Assembly (NCBI GenBank): GCA_951406725.2
Contig: OX597818.1
Span: 50,840,001 to 50,904,000 of the forward strand
Length of the DNA: 64,000 nt
From: Octopus vulgaris
Taxonomy: Eukaryota
Reading direction: 5' to 3'
The notes beneath the pieces were generated by a model. The model saw nothing but the letters and a program-made list of their open reading frames with translations, searched no databases and was not told the DNA's origin. Both the position numbers and the translations under genes were made by a program. Positions 42,440-56,427 of the stretch are shown here, piece after piece. Position 1 is the stretch's first letter. The number at the start of each line of letters is the position of its first letter.

Positions 42440-43220
42440 CAGGGTTCGGTGAATATATCGTCGTCTAAATTACGCAAAAAATGAAACTAATACTAATATC
42501 TCAGTTTAACAGATATATTTACCAAAATTACATAAAAATATCTTGAAATACTAAAGAGTAAATTTATTCAGTAAAATCGCCATTGGTTTCAACTGCGGCC
42601 TCCAGATGACTTCGGGATCCCCTGTAACTCTTCTGGGTGGTTTCCTTGTTTAAGTTGGTTAATTCTGCGGTAATCCTTGCCTTCAGTCCATCTTTGATGT
42701 CACAAAGGGTTTTGTTGGTCCCTCGCTCAAATGCGCCCCACACATAATAATCAAGGGATTTGCAGTTTGGGGAGTTAGGTGGCCAGATTTTAGGAGTGAT
42801 GTGGTTACAGAAACTGTCTGACAACCAATTATGTGGCAAGGTGCAGAGTCCTGTTGCCAGACATAGTCTTCCGGCAGCCACCCTCTTGACCCAGGACAGC
42901 ACTACCTCCTCCAGGCATTTAATGTAGGCTTCCGTATTTAGTCTGAGGCCATGTGAGATGATGAATGGAAACGTTGCCATCACGAGTTATCACTTCAAAC
43001 ATCATGATGTTGATTGGATGTTTGATTTTTATCACCCTCAGTGTATGCACTGTCCTCAGGTTGATACCAAACACTCTGAAATGTTCGTATTGGAGCTTCC
43101 GGCGTGAATACCAAGCGGTACAGCATGTCGTTTCCAAATTTCTGGCGGAAGGGATTGCGTCATGGTGCTGTTTTACTCACAGACGGTGCCCAACTAACCC
43201 CACTATACTGTGTAGTGTAT
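42440..43220 (-). pseudogene. Decayed maT/DD37D-like Tc1/mariner transposase
   Basis: ORF 42564-42983: GLRLNTEAYIKCLEEVVLSWVKRVAAGR...WPPNSPNCKSLDYYVWG...LEAAVETNGDF; terminus TA|CAGGGT. Confidence 0.8.
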
Positions 43221-43290
43221 AAAATCACTGAGCGTCAATAATACGTCCTGCGTTGCTGTGCTCTTTTTTTCTGTGTTTTCTTGTTTGGAT

Positions 43291-43341
<51 letters not shown>

Positions 43342-43363
43342 CCTGGCCGGTCACGTGACCACA

Positions 43364-43412
<49 letters not shown>

Positions 43413-44351
43413 ATAGCCTGGTTGGTCACGTATTCACGTGATATATATATATATATATATTGTAAAGCGAAAGTAGCTTCAGTAACCATACTGGTAACAA
43501 TAAGAAGTCATTTATATTCTCTCTTTCTCCCTTTCTTTCTCTCTCTCAATATATATATATATATATATATATCGATCTATCTATCTTTATCTCTACCACT
43601 CTGTTCATGTACACACATACATTTATACGTACGTGCACATGCACACCACACGCATACTCACACACACACCACACGCATACTGACACACACACACACACAC
43701 ATAAATGTTATATTTTCTTGTAAAACTAGTTTAAGAGTACCTAACATTAGTTTTAGGAGTTCACTCAGTACTAAGAGTAGAATCAAATCTATTGTAAATC
43801 CGAGTCAATATGAACTTTACGATATATACAAGAGTATAAGTTGAACCAAAAGAATTAATTAGAGAAAAAAGATAAAAGTAAGCAACAAAAAATAACGATA
43901 ATATTTCTAAAGTCAGTTGTTGATAACGACATCATTACCATGGTTTAAAGTATATCAAAGCAGGCAATTGAAAGTTACGCTATCTATCCATCCATCTATC
44001 CATCTATCCAGTCAGCCAATCAGCCAGCTATCCTTCTCTGCCCATTATTCCTGCGCAGGTCATGGGAGTAGAAAATCCTCAGGCACTTCCTTCATTGGGC
44101 CCTATCAGAAACACCCAACATTACACTTTCCGATTGAGTTTCCAAATCTGACCCATTGAGGCTATGAGTATTATCCAACCCTCGCGTTCTTCATCTAACC
44201 CTAGGTTTCCTGCCGGTTGCCTTGGCTTAAAGAATCTGTCTTACGGCATTTGATCGGATCAACTGGAACCCTCGTCGTCGTAATTGACGGAGTGCCAATA
44301 TATATAAATATATATATTGATATATGTATATGTATGTATATATGTTTATGC

Positions 44352-44386
<35 letters not shown>

Positions 44387-44388
44387 TG

Positions 44389-44420
<32 letters not shown>

Positions 44421-45314
44421 AATATGTACATTTATATACACATACATATACATGTATGTTTGTAAGTATGTATGCATGCATGCATGTATGTATATAGCTT
44501 TCAGATCAGGAAATTTATAAATGTACTTACTCTTTGAAAGAAAATCAATTTAGACGATATGTAGAAAGAGAAAAGAGACAGAGAGAATGAGAGGGGAGAA
44601 TAGGAAGTGAGATAGAGAGAGAGAGAAAATGGTTTGGTTTGTTGGCCTTCCCATGGGCTTAGGTGTAGGTTTCTTTCCAAATTCACAATCTGAAGACTGA
44701 ATTTGTCCTGATTCTCATAAATTTCATTTCAACGTCACACACAAGAGGAACAGTTCAGTCCAAAATACATATATGTGAGTGGATTTTTTTGGTTTTTATT
44801 ACCAATGAAAAAAGAGAAAAGAGACTTTATTCTAAATCACTATTATAATTATGCAACTAAACATGGAATAGATTTTCTTTCCAGCAGTAAAATGTATGAA
44901 GCTTGTAGGAAGAAAGTTTCCTGGTCATTGTTGACCACCATTAATACTAGGTTTAATGAAACATGGCGGTGGTCATCTCGTATTCTCGCGTAAACGCGAT
45001 TTCCCGAGAGATTTCTCGAGAAATGCAACGAGCGAAGTTTATATTTCGTTCTCTGTTACAGATACACATATGTTGGATTGTGGCAGCAAACTAGAATTGG
45101 GACAATGGGATTTGAATGAAAAGTTTTCTGAATACATTTGAGTTTGGGAATATTACTGTTTATATCTTTATAAATTCATATTAGTATTGCGAATGGCAAA
45201 TTCATTAGCAACAATAGATGCATTTATTACTTTCGCTTGTTTCAATCTCAAACTGCAACTTAAAAACATAATATTTAATGGATTTTACTTTTTGATTTTA
45301 TATATGACATTATA

Positions 45315-45625
45315 TGGAGGCGCAATGGCCTAGTGGTTAGGGCAGCGGACTCGCGGTCGCAGGATCGCGGTTTCGATTCCCAGACCGGGCGTTGTGTGTG
45401 TTTATTGAGCGAAAACACCTAAAAGCTCCACGAGGCTCCGGCAGGAGGTGGTGATCCCTGCTGAACTCTTTCACCACTCTTTCTCCCACTCTTTCTTCTG
45501 TTGGCCTGCTCGCTTAGCCAGCGGGGTGACTTCATTCGAAGTCTAAAAAAACAATGCGAACGCATTGTGACCAGCGATGTGTAACAACATCTGATGGTCT
45601 GGTCGGTCACGTGATCACGTGATAT
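45315..45625 (+). mobile_element. SINE family C with 3' module 3 ending in (CACGTGAT)n
   Basis: Family C head; tail GGTCTGGTCGGTCACGTGATCACGTGAT, fragments of which recur in (TA)n at 43341-43442. Confidence 0.8.
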
Positions 45626-45656
45626 GACATTATATACACATATATATATTTATGTG

Positions 45657-45692
<36 letters not shown>

Positions 45693-45707
45693 TGTATGTA
45701 TGTATGT

Positions 45708-45758
<51 letters not shown>

Positions 45759-46413
45759 AAGACAGACAGACAGACAGAGACAGAGAGACATACATACTTA
45801 CATAATACATACATATGTAGTTACTCTATCCAGATTCCAAGCTCAGGTTTATACCTGTAATTATTGGGGCCCCGATATATGTAACACACAGCCCAAATAG
45901 CAGTCTTGATAAATTAGGCTTTTCAAAACCAGAAACGAGAAAACTAGTTCGAAAACTACAGATCCAATCCGACACTGGTACTGTAAAAATCTGTAAAACT
46001 TTCCAGAAGTTTATCATTTAAATATATGAAAGCATGTCTAGATATACAACGATATGTATGAGAATACATACATAAAACATACAAATCTGCACATACATAC
46101 ATATATACATACATATATACATACATATATACATACATACGTACAAACAAACAAAAATACCCTGTTGTTGATGTTGAAATTCCAATGAAGGAGCTTTGGT
46201 TCTAGCTTAGAAACCGGTTGTTTCTCTATGGGCAAGAAATCTTGAAATAAACTGAATAATGACTGACATACATACAAACATACATACATACATACATACA
46301 TTCATACATACATACATACATACATACATACATACATAAAAGACATTCACAACCGCAGGTATATGCTATATACTCTCTCTCACCCTCTCACACACTAACT
46401 CTCTCTTACTCCT

Positions 46414-46464
<51 letters not shown>

Positions 46465-46698
46465 CGCACATAAAAATGCACACATTTTGCAGAATCTTAT
46501 ATTTACCATTACCGGATTCAGTTCTGACACGTTTTACATTGAATGTTAAATAATCGGCACATGTGTTCACTATGAAAAGACAACTATTGTAAGTGACGAT
46601 GAACCTCTACTTACGGACAAATACCTATTCCTTACTAAATACGATATGAATTATTTCCATCTATAACCATCTAAATGGTTCTGATATTATTCATAATA

Positions 46699-47076
46699 TA
46701 AAAGAGAAGTTGTGTGTCTGTCTCCTACGATTTAGATTCCTAACTACTCCCGCATTTTGCGGTGCAGTTTAACCAAAACCGGGTATCTTATAGTCGTGAT
46801 TCATATCGAACCCTTCTGGGTATTAGCGCGCGTCTACGATGAGTCTACGATTTAAAAAAAAAATTACCATCATTTTTTTCCATTTTAATGCATTTTTTCG
46901 CTATTTTATAAGGGAAGTAACTCTCTAAAAATGTCTACGATGAGTCAACGATTTTTAAAAAAAATTATCATCATTTTTTTTTTCATTTTTAATGCATTTT
47001 TTGGCTATAACTCTCTAAAAATGCTTATATAGTTATTTCCCTTACAAACCCGAGCAACGCCGGGCAATACTGCTAG
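46699..47076 (+). mobile_element. Non-autonomous Helitron-like element
   Basis: 3' hairpin CCCGAGCAACGCCGGG followed by CTAG|T; internal ~100-bp tandem duplication starting GTCTACGATGAGTC. Confidence 0.7.
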
Positions 47077-48133
47077 TTATTCATAATACATTTCTTATTT
47101 TCAGTGAACGTTGAGGATTAGCGGTTGAGAAAACAAAGCCGGTTAAGTTCCCTTTTATTTAGGAATGAGGAAAATTCCAATATTTAAAACCTTGAATTAC
47201 TATGCGTTTCTTAATCACTTAATCACATCTCACCATACTTATTCTCACAGATAGGTTTGATCACTAAATGAGTGACAATCACGTTTTTTCGTTGAATTGT
47301 TGTCCAACAAAGCAAAATATTTATTAATGGTGGTATGTGAACTTTTAATATAAACTTAGATTTAGTTTGGAATTGATATTTGTTAGATTTCGCAAGTGAT
47401 TTCTTTTAACATAGAAACAGTAACCTTAAATTTATGTTGAATTTGACTCGTGGGGAAGCATCGAGCTCACATCGAATTTAACGTTTATTTCTTTTGTGAA
47501 ATGCATGCTCTGAGCAATAACGTAACATAATGGCAAAATCCTCTGGAGAACCATTTCTACAGCCAGATTGCATTTCCGGCCTTTATATTTTCCCTTCAGT
47601 TATGCAAATAAGAATTTTGGGAATAGCAAAAAGCGTCACCTAATTTCATTTTCCATTTCCCTAGAAATGTTGAACCTAATACCTTTCTAAAAAATCAATA
47701 CAAATTTAGTAATCTTTCTCCCAAGACATCATTCGTCGCTTTTGTCTCTGTCATCTTTTCCGAATGAATTTCCGTTAAAATGACGAACATTTTTTTTTTC
47801 AAAATAGATTAATAGTAGTTTTAAAGTATTCGTTAGAGAATGGTATTTATTGGTAAACTCTACGATCAATAGTCTCCAGAAACCCCAGCAATTATCTTAC
47901 TCGGCATGATCTACACAATTCTTTGCTATTGGATATTTACGTTCAAGCTGTTTCCATGGTTTCTCTTCTGAAGAACAAAAATGGAAATAATCAGAAAGCA
48001 GTTCGTTATTCTTCTATCGATTATATATATTTAGTTCCCTTTTGAAGATCAGCAGTTCCCATTTATCGGATTAGTTGATGCTGATTTTTCTAATTTTACT
48101 CTTTGATGCAACTGTTGCTAACCCCTAAATTTA

Positions 48134-48377
48134 TTGTTGTTGTTGTTGTTTATTCCTTCTCGAGTAACGCCTGGCTCATAGGGCCGGTTTCCCGGTTTCT
48201 TTGGGGTATAGGTTCCCCACCTGGACGGGACGCCGGTCCGTCGCAGGTAAGCTGCCGGAGCCGCGTGGAGCTTGAGTGTTTCGCTCATAAACACACGCAT
48301 CGCCCGGTCTGAGACTCGAACACGCGATCCCTCGACCGCGAGTCTGCTGCTCTAACCACTAGGCCATGTGCCTCCAC
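48134..48377 (-). mobile_element. Family C-related SINE with a V-domain-like module and (AAC)n tail
   Basis: 14-bp TSD AACCCCTAAATTTA (48120-48133, 48378-48391); CTGCGACGGACCGGCGTCCCGTCCAGG motif. Confidence 0.8.
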
Positions 48378-48779
48378 AACCCCTAAATTTAACTGTTGCT
48401 AATCCTATCTCTAATATATCGTTCCTTCTTTATACTAAGTATTCTTTGAATTATAAAACTTAGTATTACTTTCATTATATTAACTGGTGTAAAATTTAAT
48501 CTTTCGTTCAGCTTTAATGTAGCGATCTTGCGGAATATTTAGAACGCTGGACAAAATGCTTAGCGATATTTTCTCCAGCACTATACGTTCTGAGTTCAAA
48601 TTCCGCCAAGATCGACATTGCCATTCATCCTATACAAGGTTGGCACAATATGTATCAGTCAAACACTGGGGTCGGTCAAATCAACTAACCCTTTACCTCA
48701 GAAATTGCTAGCCTTATTTCAAAATTCGAAACCAATATTTCAATCTGTATATTTGTAATGTTCCTTGAAATGATGTTCT

Positions 48780-49076
48780 TTTATTTATTTATGCGCCCTT
48801 TTCAAGCCTAGCCAGGCTCGTGGGCCCGGTTTCTCGGTTTCTGTGGCGTATGTGTTCCCCCCAGCTGGACGGGACGCCAGTCCATCGCAGCGTTACTCAA
48901 TAAACAAGAAGAGCGAGTGAGAGGAAGTTGTGACGAAAGAGTACAACAGGGGTCGCCACCACCCCCTACTGGAGCCTCGTGGAGCTTTTAGGTGTTTTCG
49001 CTCAATAAACTCACACAATGCCCGGTCTGGGAATCGAAACCGCGGTCCTCCGACCGCGAGTCCGCTGCCCTAACCT
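48780..49076 (-). mobile_element. SINE family C, 5'-clipped, V-domain-like module, (TAAA)n tail
   Basis: CTGCGATGGACTGGCGTCCCGTCCAG motif joined to the family C body. Confidence 0.75.
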
Positions 49077-49513
49077 CTGACGTTTACGTTCTTTTATATT
49101 CTTTTAAAATCTTTAACATTGAATTGATGTTTCTTTACACTGTCACATTTAATATAACTTCAAGTGTCCTTTAAACGTGGTCTTCAGCGCTCTTAAATCT
49201 GTAATTTTTATATTACTTTTAGTACCGTTATCTTTGCTCCATTCATTCGGTCTATTTTAGTTCTATTTTCTATAAAATAAAACAGTTTAATTATATCTTG
49301 GCATCCTTCAAAATTGAAGCTTTCGTTAAGAGCTGCCAAATTCAACGTGTAACACTTTACAAAACATTGTAAAGTGAGAAATGAACAAATTGTGCTAATT
49401 TGTTATGAGTTTGTTTCAATTGTTTCTAATTATAGTTTAATATCACAGAAATAAAGAAGATGGCATGCTAAGCGCTGATCGTAAGCAGTATGAATCAATA
49501 CAACTATAAACAC

Positions 49514-50095
49514 AGGCATAGCTGTGTGGCCAAGAAGTTCGCTTTACAACCATGTAGTTCTGGGTTCAGTCTCACTGCCCGGCACCTTAGGCGAGTATCT
49601 TTTTCTATAGGGAGAGTTTACGAAAAAAACAAAAGATGAAGACAGGTCGTGTATAAAACAAACAGATGTATTAGTATAACGCTCAGGAATAGAAAAAAGT
49701 CTTTTACGTTTCGAGCCTACGCTCTTCCACAGAAAGGGACACAGAAAAAACAAGGAGAGAAAAAGATGTGTGTAGTGGCCAACGATCTATCATGGCGACT
49801 GTAGCCCCATACAGACTGATGCAACGTGAGTGAATTTGGTAGATGAAAACTGTAAGGAAGCACGTCGTATGTGTGTGTGTGTTTGTGTGTTTTCTTAGCC
49901 TAGTGTTTGTCTTCCCAAACTACTCAACAGCCGGTTTTAGTTTGTTTACGTCCTCGTAATTTAGTGGTTCGATAAAAGAGATCGATAGAATAAGTAACAG
50001 ACTTCGGAAAAAAACTAGTGTCGAATATGTTCGATTAAGTTCTTCAAGGTGGTGCCCCAACATAGCCGCAGTCTAATGGATGAAACAAAGATTAA
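49514..50095 (+). mobile_element. Old SINE family B interrupted by a hammerhead-bearing fragment (49606-49800, minus strand)
   Basis: Family B resumes after the insert; insert reads CTTT-CTGTGGA-A-GAGC gtag GCTC-GAAA-CG-TA-AAAG on the minus strand (49701-49736). Confidence 0.7.
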
Positions 50096-50354
50096 GTATC
50101 AAAGGTGTGTGTGTATGTGTGTGTGTGTGTGTGCGAGTGTAAAGTTCATTATTTTTTGGTGAAGTGGGTGGATGGCATTAGATATTCAGTACCCCCTTCA
50201 ATCTTCAAGCTCTGAGTTCAAATCCTGTCGAAGTTGACTTTACCTTTTGTTTTATTTTATTTTATTCTTTTAGGAGAATTAACTAAGTACTATCAAAACA
50301 CTGTGCATATATCACCATATCTGTTCTGTCTTTGTATCAATATGAGTAACCATA

Positions 50355-50740
50355 AGGCAGTGAGCTGGCAGAAACGTTAGCACGCCGGGCGAAATGCGTA
50401 GCCATATTTCGTCTGCCGTTACGTTGTGAGTTCAAATTCTGCCGAGGTCGACTTTGCCTTTCATCCTTTCGGGGTCGATAAATTAAGTACCAGTTACGCA
50501 CTGGGGTCGATATAATCGACTTAATCCGTTTGTCTCCTCTGTGTTTATCCCCTTGTGGGTAGTAAAGAAATAGGTATTTTGTCTGTCTTTACGTTCTAAG
50601 TTCAAATTCCTCCGAGATCGGCTTTACTTTATATACTTTCGGGGTTAATAAATTAAGTACCAGATGCGTACTGGTGTCGATCTAATCGATTAGCCTCCAC
50701 CCCATAAATTTCGGTCTTTGTGCCTAGAGTAGAAAAGAAC
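50355..50740 (+). mobile_element. SINE family A dimer
   Basis: Head plus two bodies; AAAGAAATA|GGTATTT junction. Confidence 0.8.
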
Positions 50741-51112
50741 ATAAGTAAACATTATAATTCAGTGCATTTAAGTCGTGAAGAACCGGGTGAAATACTGTAA
50801 TGCATTTTTGGAAGCTTTGTTGTTCTGAATTCAGGTACCTTTGGGGGTTGCGTTTGCTTTTATCTTTCTAGGGGGCCATATAGAATAAGTACTCGTCATG
50901 TTCTGATGTAAATTAAATTAATTATCTCCTCCATGAAATATATACCTTTGTAACAAGGTAATAAAAAGGAACCCATTATTATTCGGCGTGATTCGAATTT
51001 AGACAAGGACATTGTACATTGACCATTTCCAAGGCTTTCGATCGATACTTGGTTATCAATAGGCACTCCGATATCGTAAACATCAGCGTTTAAGAATGGA
51101 TGGCAGTATTTT

Positions 51113-51462
<350 letters not shown>

Positions 51463-51864
51463 TGCCTTTAAATGAACCTTGATTAAAAAAACTTCGAACA
51501 AACGTGTTGTAGTTACGATCAAATCGTTTATCTTTTTCCCCAGACGCTTCATATTTAGGATTCCATTAAGAATGCAGTTAAAAGATTTTTCGCCGTCAGA
51601 CGAAAAAGGGTCGTCTGTTCGAAAGCATCTGATCCCTCACCTGAAGCCTAATTTGAATGAGATTTGGCTCCTAATTCTTGCCGGTCAAACGACCACCTAA
51701 CTACGTAGAGGATCTTTCATTAACTTAGTCGTTGGATCCAGGATTCGTGTTATTGTTGTTGTCTGAACGAATAAACAAATCCTCTCCACTAATCTGTGAC
51801 CATCCAGTCTGTTGTTGTTGTTGTTGTTGTTTTGTAACTGGGAATACACTATCGAATATATTAT

Positions 51865-52262
51865 AGGCGTAGGAGTGGCTATGTGGTAAGTAGCTTGCTT
51901 ACCAACCAAATGGTTCCGGATTCAGTCCCACGGCGTGGTCCCTTAGGCAAGTGTCTTCTCCTGTAACCTTGGGCCAACCAAAGCCTTGTGAGTGGATTTG
52001 GTAGACGGAAACTGAAAGAAGCCCGTCGTATATATGTATATGTGTGTGTGCGTGTGTGTGTGTTTGTGTGTCTGTGTTTGACCCCGCAACATCGCTTGAC
52101 AACCGATGCTGATGTGTTTACGTCCCCGTAACTTAGCAGTTCGGCAAAATAGACCGATAGAATAAGTCCTGGGCTCGATTTGCTCGACTAAAGGCGGTGC
52201 TCCAGCATGGCCGCAATCAAATGACTGAAACAAGTAAAAGAGTAAAAGAGAGTAAAAGAGAA
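51865..52262 (+). mobile_element. SINE family B
   Basis: Family consensus match. Confidence 0.85.
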
Positions 52263-52384
52263 TAAGTTGTCCATTTTTCAGACAGTAAGGGGAAAATTGA
52301 GGGAGATTTGGTTGCTCTTTCTGGAAGGACTTGCTACTGTGTACAGTCTCCATCGTCTGCTTTGTTGTTGCTATTGTTGTTGTT

Positions 52385-52771
52385 GCTGTTGCTGATGCTG
52401 TTGAGCGAACGGTCTTCTTCCCAGAGCTCGCATGATGGGAGAAGTCCGAAACGTGGTCCTTTGCTCTTCGTAAATCCCGCAGAAGAGAAAGCAGGTCAAC
52501 CCCCAACACCGAGAGCATCGACGGATGGATGAATGCGCATCCAGGCTCAACGGTTGCGTAGGAAGTCGGAGACAAGAAACAGGAAGAAAGAGTGAGAGAA
52601 AGTTGAAGCGAAAGAGTACAACAGGGGTCGCCACCAGCCCCTGTCGGTGCCGCGTGGAGCTTTAGACCTTTTCGCTCAATAAACACACACAACGCCCGGT
52701 CTGGGAATCGAAACCGCGATCCTCCGACCGCGAGTCCGCTGCCCTAACCATTGGGCCATTGCGCCTCCACT
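52385..52771 (-). mobile_element. SINE family C with 3' module 2
   Basis: Reverse-complement match to 19544-19920; embedded in (TTG/CTG)n. Confidence 0.85.
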
Positions 52772-53544
52772 GTTGTTGCTGCTACTGTTGTTGTTGGTGT
52801 TGTTGTTGTTGGTGGTGGTGGTGGTGGTGATGGTCGTCGTCGTCGTCGTCGTTTGGATGATGATGATGATGATGGCGGCTGTGGTGTTGATTTTGGTGGT
52901 GGAAGTGGTTGTGGTGATGGCGGTAAAATGGTAATCATCGTTGCATTCATTGGTTGTTGACATAATGATAATAATAATGTAGAAAGTTAATGGTAGTTAC
53001 GGCGATACGACATTAGCGGCCTAATGGCATGGAGCTTTTAAGGAGTCAGGGTCGGAGTCGGAGAGCGTCTTGAGAGAGCTCTCTTCAACATGTAATTTAG
53101 GATTTCAGATTTATGATTGTGTTCCGCTCCACACCGCTCCACACAGCTCCACACAGCTCCACACAGCTCCACTCTGCTCCGCTCCATCCCAGTCCAAACC
53201 CACCGAACGACAGCATTTCGTAGAGGCGATTATTATTCATGCATTCTGTATCTGTTAGAAAATTATTTTAGTAGATATTTATGATGTATGCCCGCTCTAT
53301 CACGGGAAAGTGATTATTTTTGATGTAGTTTGAATAGAGATGGGGAACAACGATCGATATTTCATTCAATTCTGTATTTGTTGCACGATAATCTGTAAGA
53401 TGATAAGAATAATCCGAACGAGCTTATGTCGCAGCCGTATTGAAAGTATTCAGCTGTTTATCCACGAACATAATAATGTAATAGATGGACAATAACCCCT
53501 TCCAGTGCTAATATTCTAATGTAAATCTTTTTTTTATATTTATT

Positions 53545-53768
53545 ACTCTTTTTACTCTTTTACTCTTTTACTTGTTTCAGTCATTTGACTGTAGCCATGC
53601 TGGAGCACCGCCTTTAGTCGAGCAAATCGACCCCGGGACTTAGTCTTTGTAAGCCTAGTACCTTATTCTATCGGTCTCTTTTGCCGAACCACTAAGTGAC
53701 GGGGACGTAAACACACCAGCATCGGTTGTCAAGCAATGCTAGGGGGACAAACACAGACACACAAACAT

Positions 53769-53799
<31 letters not shown>

Positions 53800-53971
53800 C
53801 ATATATACGACAGGCTTCTTTCAGTTTCCGTCTACCAAATCCACTCACAAGACATTGGTCGGCCCGGGGCTATAGCAGAAGACACTTGCCCAAGATGCCA
53901 CGCAGTGGGACTGAACCCGGAACCATGTGGTTGGTTAGCAAGCTATTTACCACACAGCCACTCCTGCGCCT
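53545..53971 (-). mobile_element. SINE family B, full length
   Basis: Family consensus match, (TACTCTTT)n tail. Confidence 0.85.
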
Positions 53972-54600
53972 ATTATATTTAATTTTTTTCAAAGGACTCA
54001 CTCAGCTTCGTTCAAGCCACGAATGTAACTCAAACGTTGTTGAAGCAATTAACATCTTTTTTCTTTTCCCATTTTCTTCTTCCATTCTATCTTCTTTTTT
54101 TTCTTTTTTTCTAACCATGTTTTTTAAGATAAATAACAGACACTTTTATCAAAATATTGCTCTCTGATTGCCATGGAAACAGTGTTTTTTTTTATTCTTT
54201 TTTCTTTTGTTTCTTGATTTTATCGATACTTTTTTTTTATCGAATATTCTGTATTCTAATATTCTAATATACAAAATAATTGTCATTTGATATTTTTAAT
54301 GCTTTTAAAATTGAGTTTACAACCAGAACATATATTCAGATAGTAATGTACCCGTTACACATCTACCAAATGTAATAATTTTTTGGTTTCTAAAAATGTT
54401 GCTTTTGTATCAAGATAAAATCTGGACGTAATATGTAGTCAGATCCAATAATAGAAACACAAAATCAAAAATTCAACCAGGCTGAAGTCGTACGAATAGA
54501 AATAGAAGTAACCTGAAGTTTGAGCGTTTAATTTTGATTAACACTCACCTTAGAGTATTAGGTCTAACGTAGTAATACACTTTGTGTAAATAACCACCAT

Positions 54601-54995
54601 ATGTAGGAGTGACTATGTGGTAAGTAGCTTGCTTACCAACCGCATGGTTCTGGGTTTAGTCCCACTGCGTGGCACCTTGGGCAAGTGTCTTCTACAATAG
54701 CCTCGGGCCGACCAAAGTCTTGCGAGTGGATTTGGTAGACGGAAACTGAAAGAAGCCCGTCATATATATGTATGTGTGTATATGTTTGTGTCTGTGTTTG
54801 TCCCCCCAGTGTCGCTTGACAACCGATGCTGGTGTGTTTACGTCCCCGTAACTTAGCGGTTCGGTAAAAGACACCGATAGAATAAGTACTAGGCTTACAA
54901 AGAATAAGTCCTTGGATCGTTTCGTTCGACTAAAAGCGGTGCTCCAACATGGCCGCAGTCAAATGACTGAAACAAGTAAAAGAATAAAAGAATAT
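54601..54995 (+). mobile_element. SINE family B, full length
   Basis: Family consensus match. Confidence 0.85.
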
Positions 54996-55028
54996 GTTAT
55001 AGGTTACCACCAATATAGATATCACAAC

Positions 55029-55560
55029 TGTTGTGTCTGGGGAGAGTCATTTTCTTTCTGTGCCTTATAATTTAACACACTCACCGGTAAAATTTCCACC
55101 ACTTATTCCTTGTTTTTATTTTCCTAAAATTTTCGTTGCGTCTTGCAACCTTTTCAAGAGTCAAGACTATTGAAAAGGTTGCAAGATGCAATGAAAATTT
55201 TAGGAAAATAAAAATAAGGAATAAGTGGTAGAAATTTTACCGGTGAGTGTGTTAAATTATAAGGCACTAAAAGAGAATGACTCTCCCCAGACACAACAGA
55301 ATATGCTTCAACACACGAACTCACATAAAAATTTTCGTTGCGTCTTGCAACCTTTTCAACAGTCTTAACTCTTGAAAAGGTTGCAAGACACAAAGAAAAT
55401 TTTAGGAAAATAAAAATAAGGAATAAGTGGTGGAAATTTTACCGGTGAGTGTGTTAAATTATAAGGCACTAAAAGAGAATGACTCTCCCCAGACACAACA
55501 GAATATGCTTCAACACACGAACTCACATAAAGAATCTTGCAAACCAAATCCAAAAACAAG
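55029..55560. mobile_element. Inverted/tandem array of a Penelope-like unit with four U3-A8 hammerhead motifs
   Basis: Motifs at 55123-55160 (-), 55167-55203 (+), 55327-55366 (-), 55368-55406 (+). Confidence 0.7.
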
Positions 55561-56427
55561 ATATAACTATTCTAGATTTACACAGTTCAATGACAGAGCC
55601 TTCATTCGGTTGTTCGAGGCCGTATCATCTGTTAGAAATAGCAGCAAAATTTCCCTAACTCTAACCCTATCTTTGTGGTTAAAAGTCAAGAATACATTAT
55701 GTAATGTAGTCCTACATAAATCACTGTCTGCTAACTGGAGAGAATGGTAGCGCTGAAACGACATTGACGACATATTTGCTGCTGGATCGAAGATGATCAG
55801 GAGTTGAACAACAATAACAACCGTGTGGTTGAGATCATCATTCAGACCAAAAGTGAGCCTGAACGTGGTCTGTCGACCTGCTAGAGATGTCAGTAAAATC
55901 TTTAAACTATACCCTATTGTCTTGGAAAAGAAAGAACACATTGAGTTACGTAATACTGGATGCACTGCGTATGAAGAAAAGCCGCCATGTTTAGGGATGT
56001 AACGTCTTTTATTATAGGCCCGTTCAATCAGAATTAACTTGGGTCTATGTAAAAAGGATAATTAAATAGATATAACAAATAAAGCAGAGATCGCCATAGT
56101 TGAGTATAATACAAAGGGGTTGCTTTCACAATGAAGATAATTTCAGCAGCGATTAAACAACGTAATCACTTCCTTAAGAAACCCCGTTCCTAATTGCACT
56201 AATCATACAAGCGCACAAATGCATGCGCGCACACAAGCTGCTAAAAAGCATGAGACAGAAATAAGGAATGATATTAAGAAGACAATAAATGAAAATCACG
56301 ATGATGAAGAACCTCTAATGGGAAAACTTATACAAAAAGATGTAATGAAAGTAACGAAAGATGAGAGAGCTAGTGTTTGAACTTCATTGAAGTTTCATAT
56401 CTGAGAAAATAATGGAATTTTAAACAA

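Noticed and set aside
51943-52692. 249-aa ORF and the recurring short ORFs such as FQSFDCGHAGAPP or RPRKDERQSRPRR
   Set aside because: Fortuitous frames through adjacent SINE copies; the recurrence reflects repeat copy number, not a gene family
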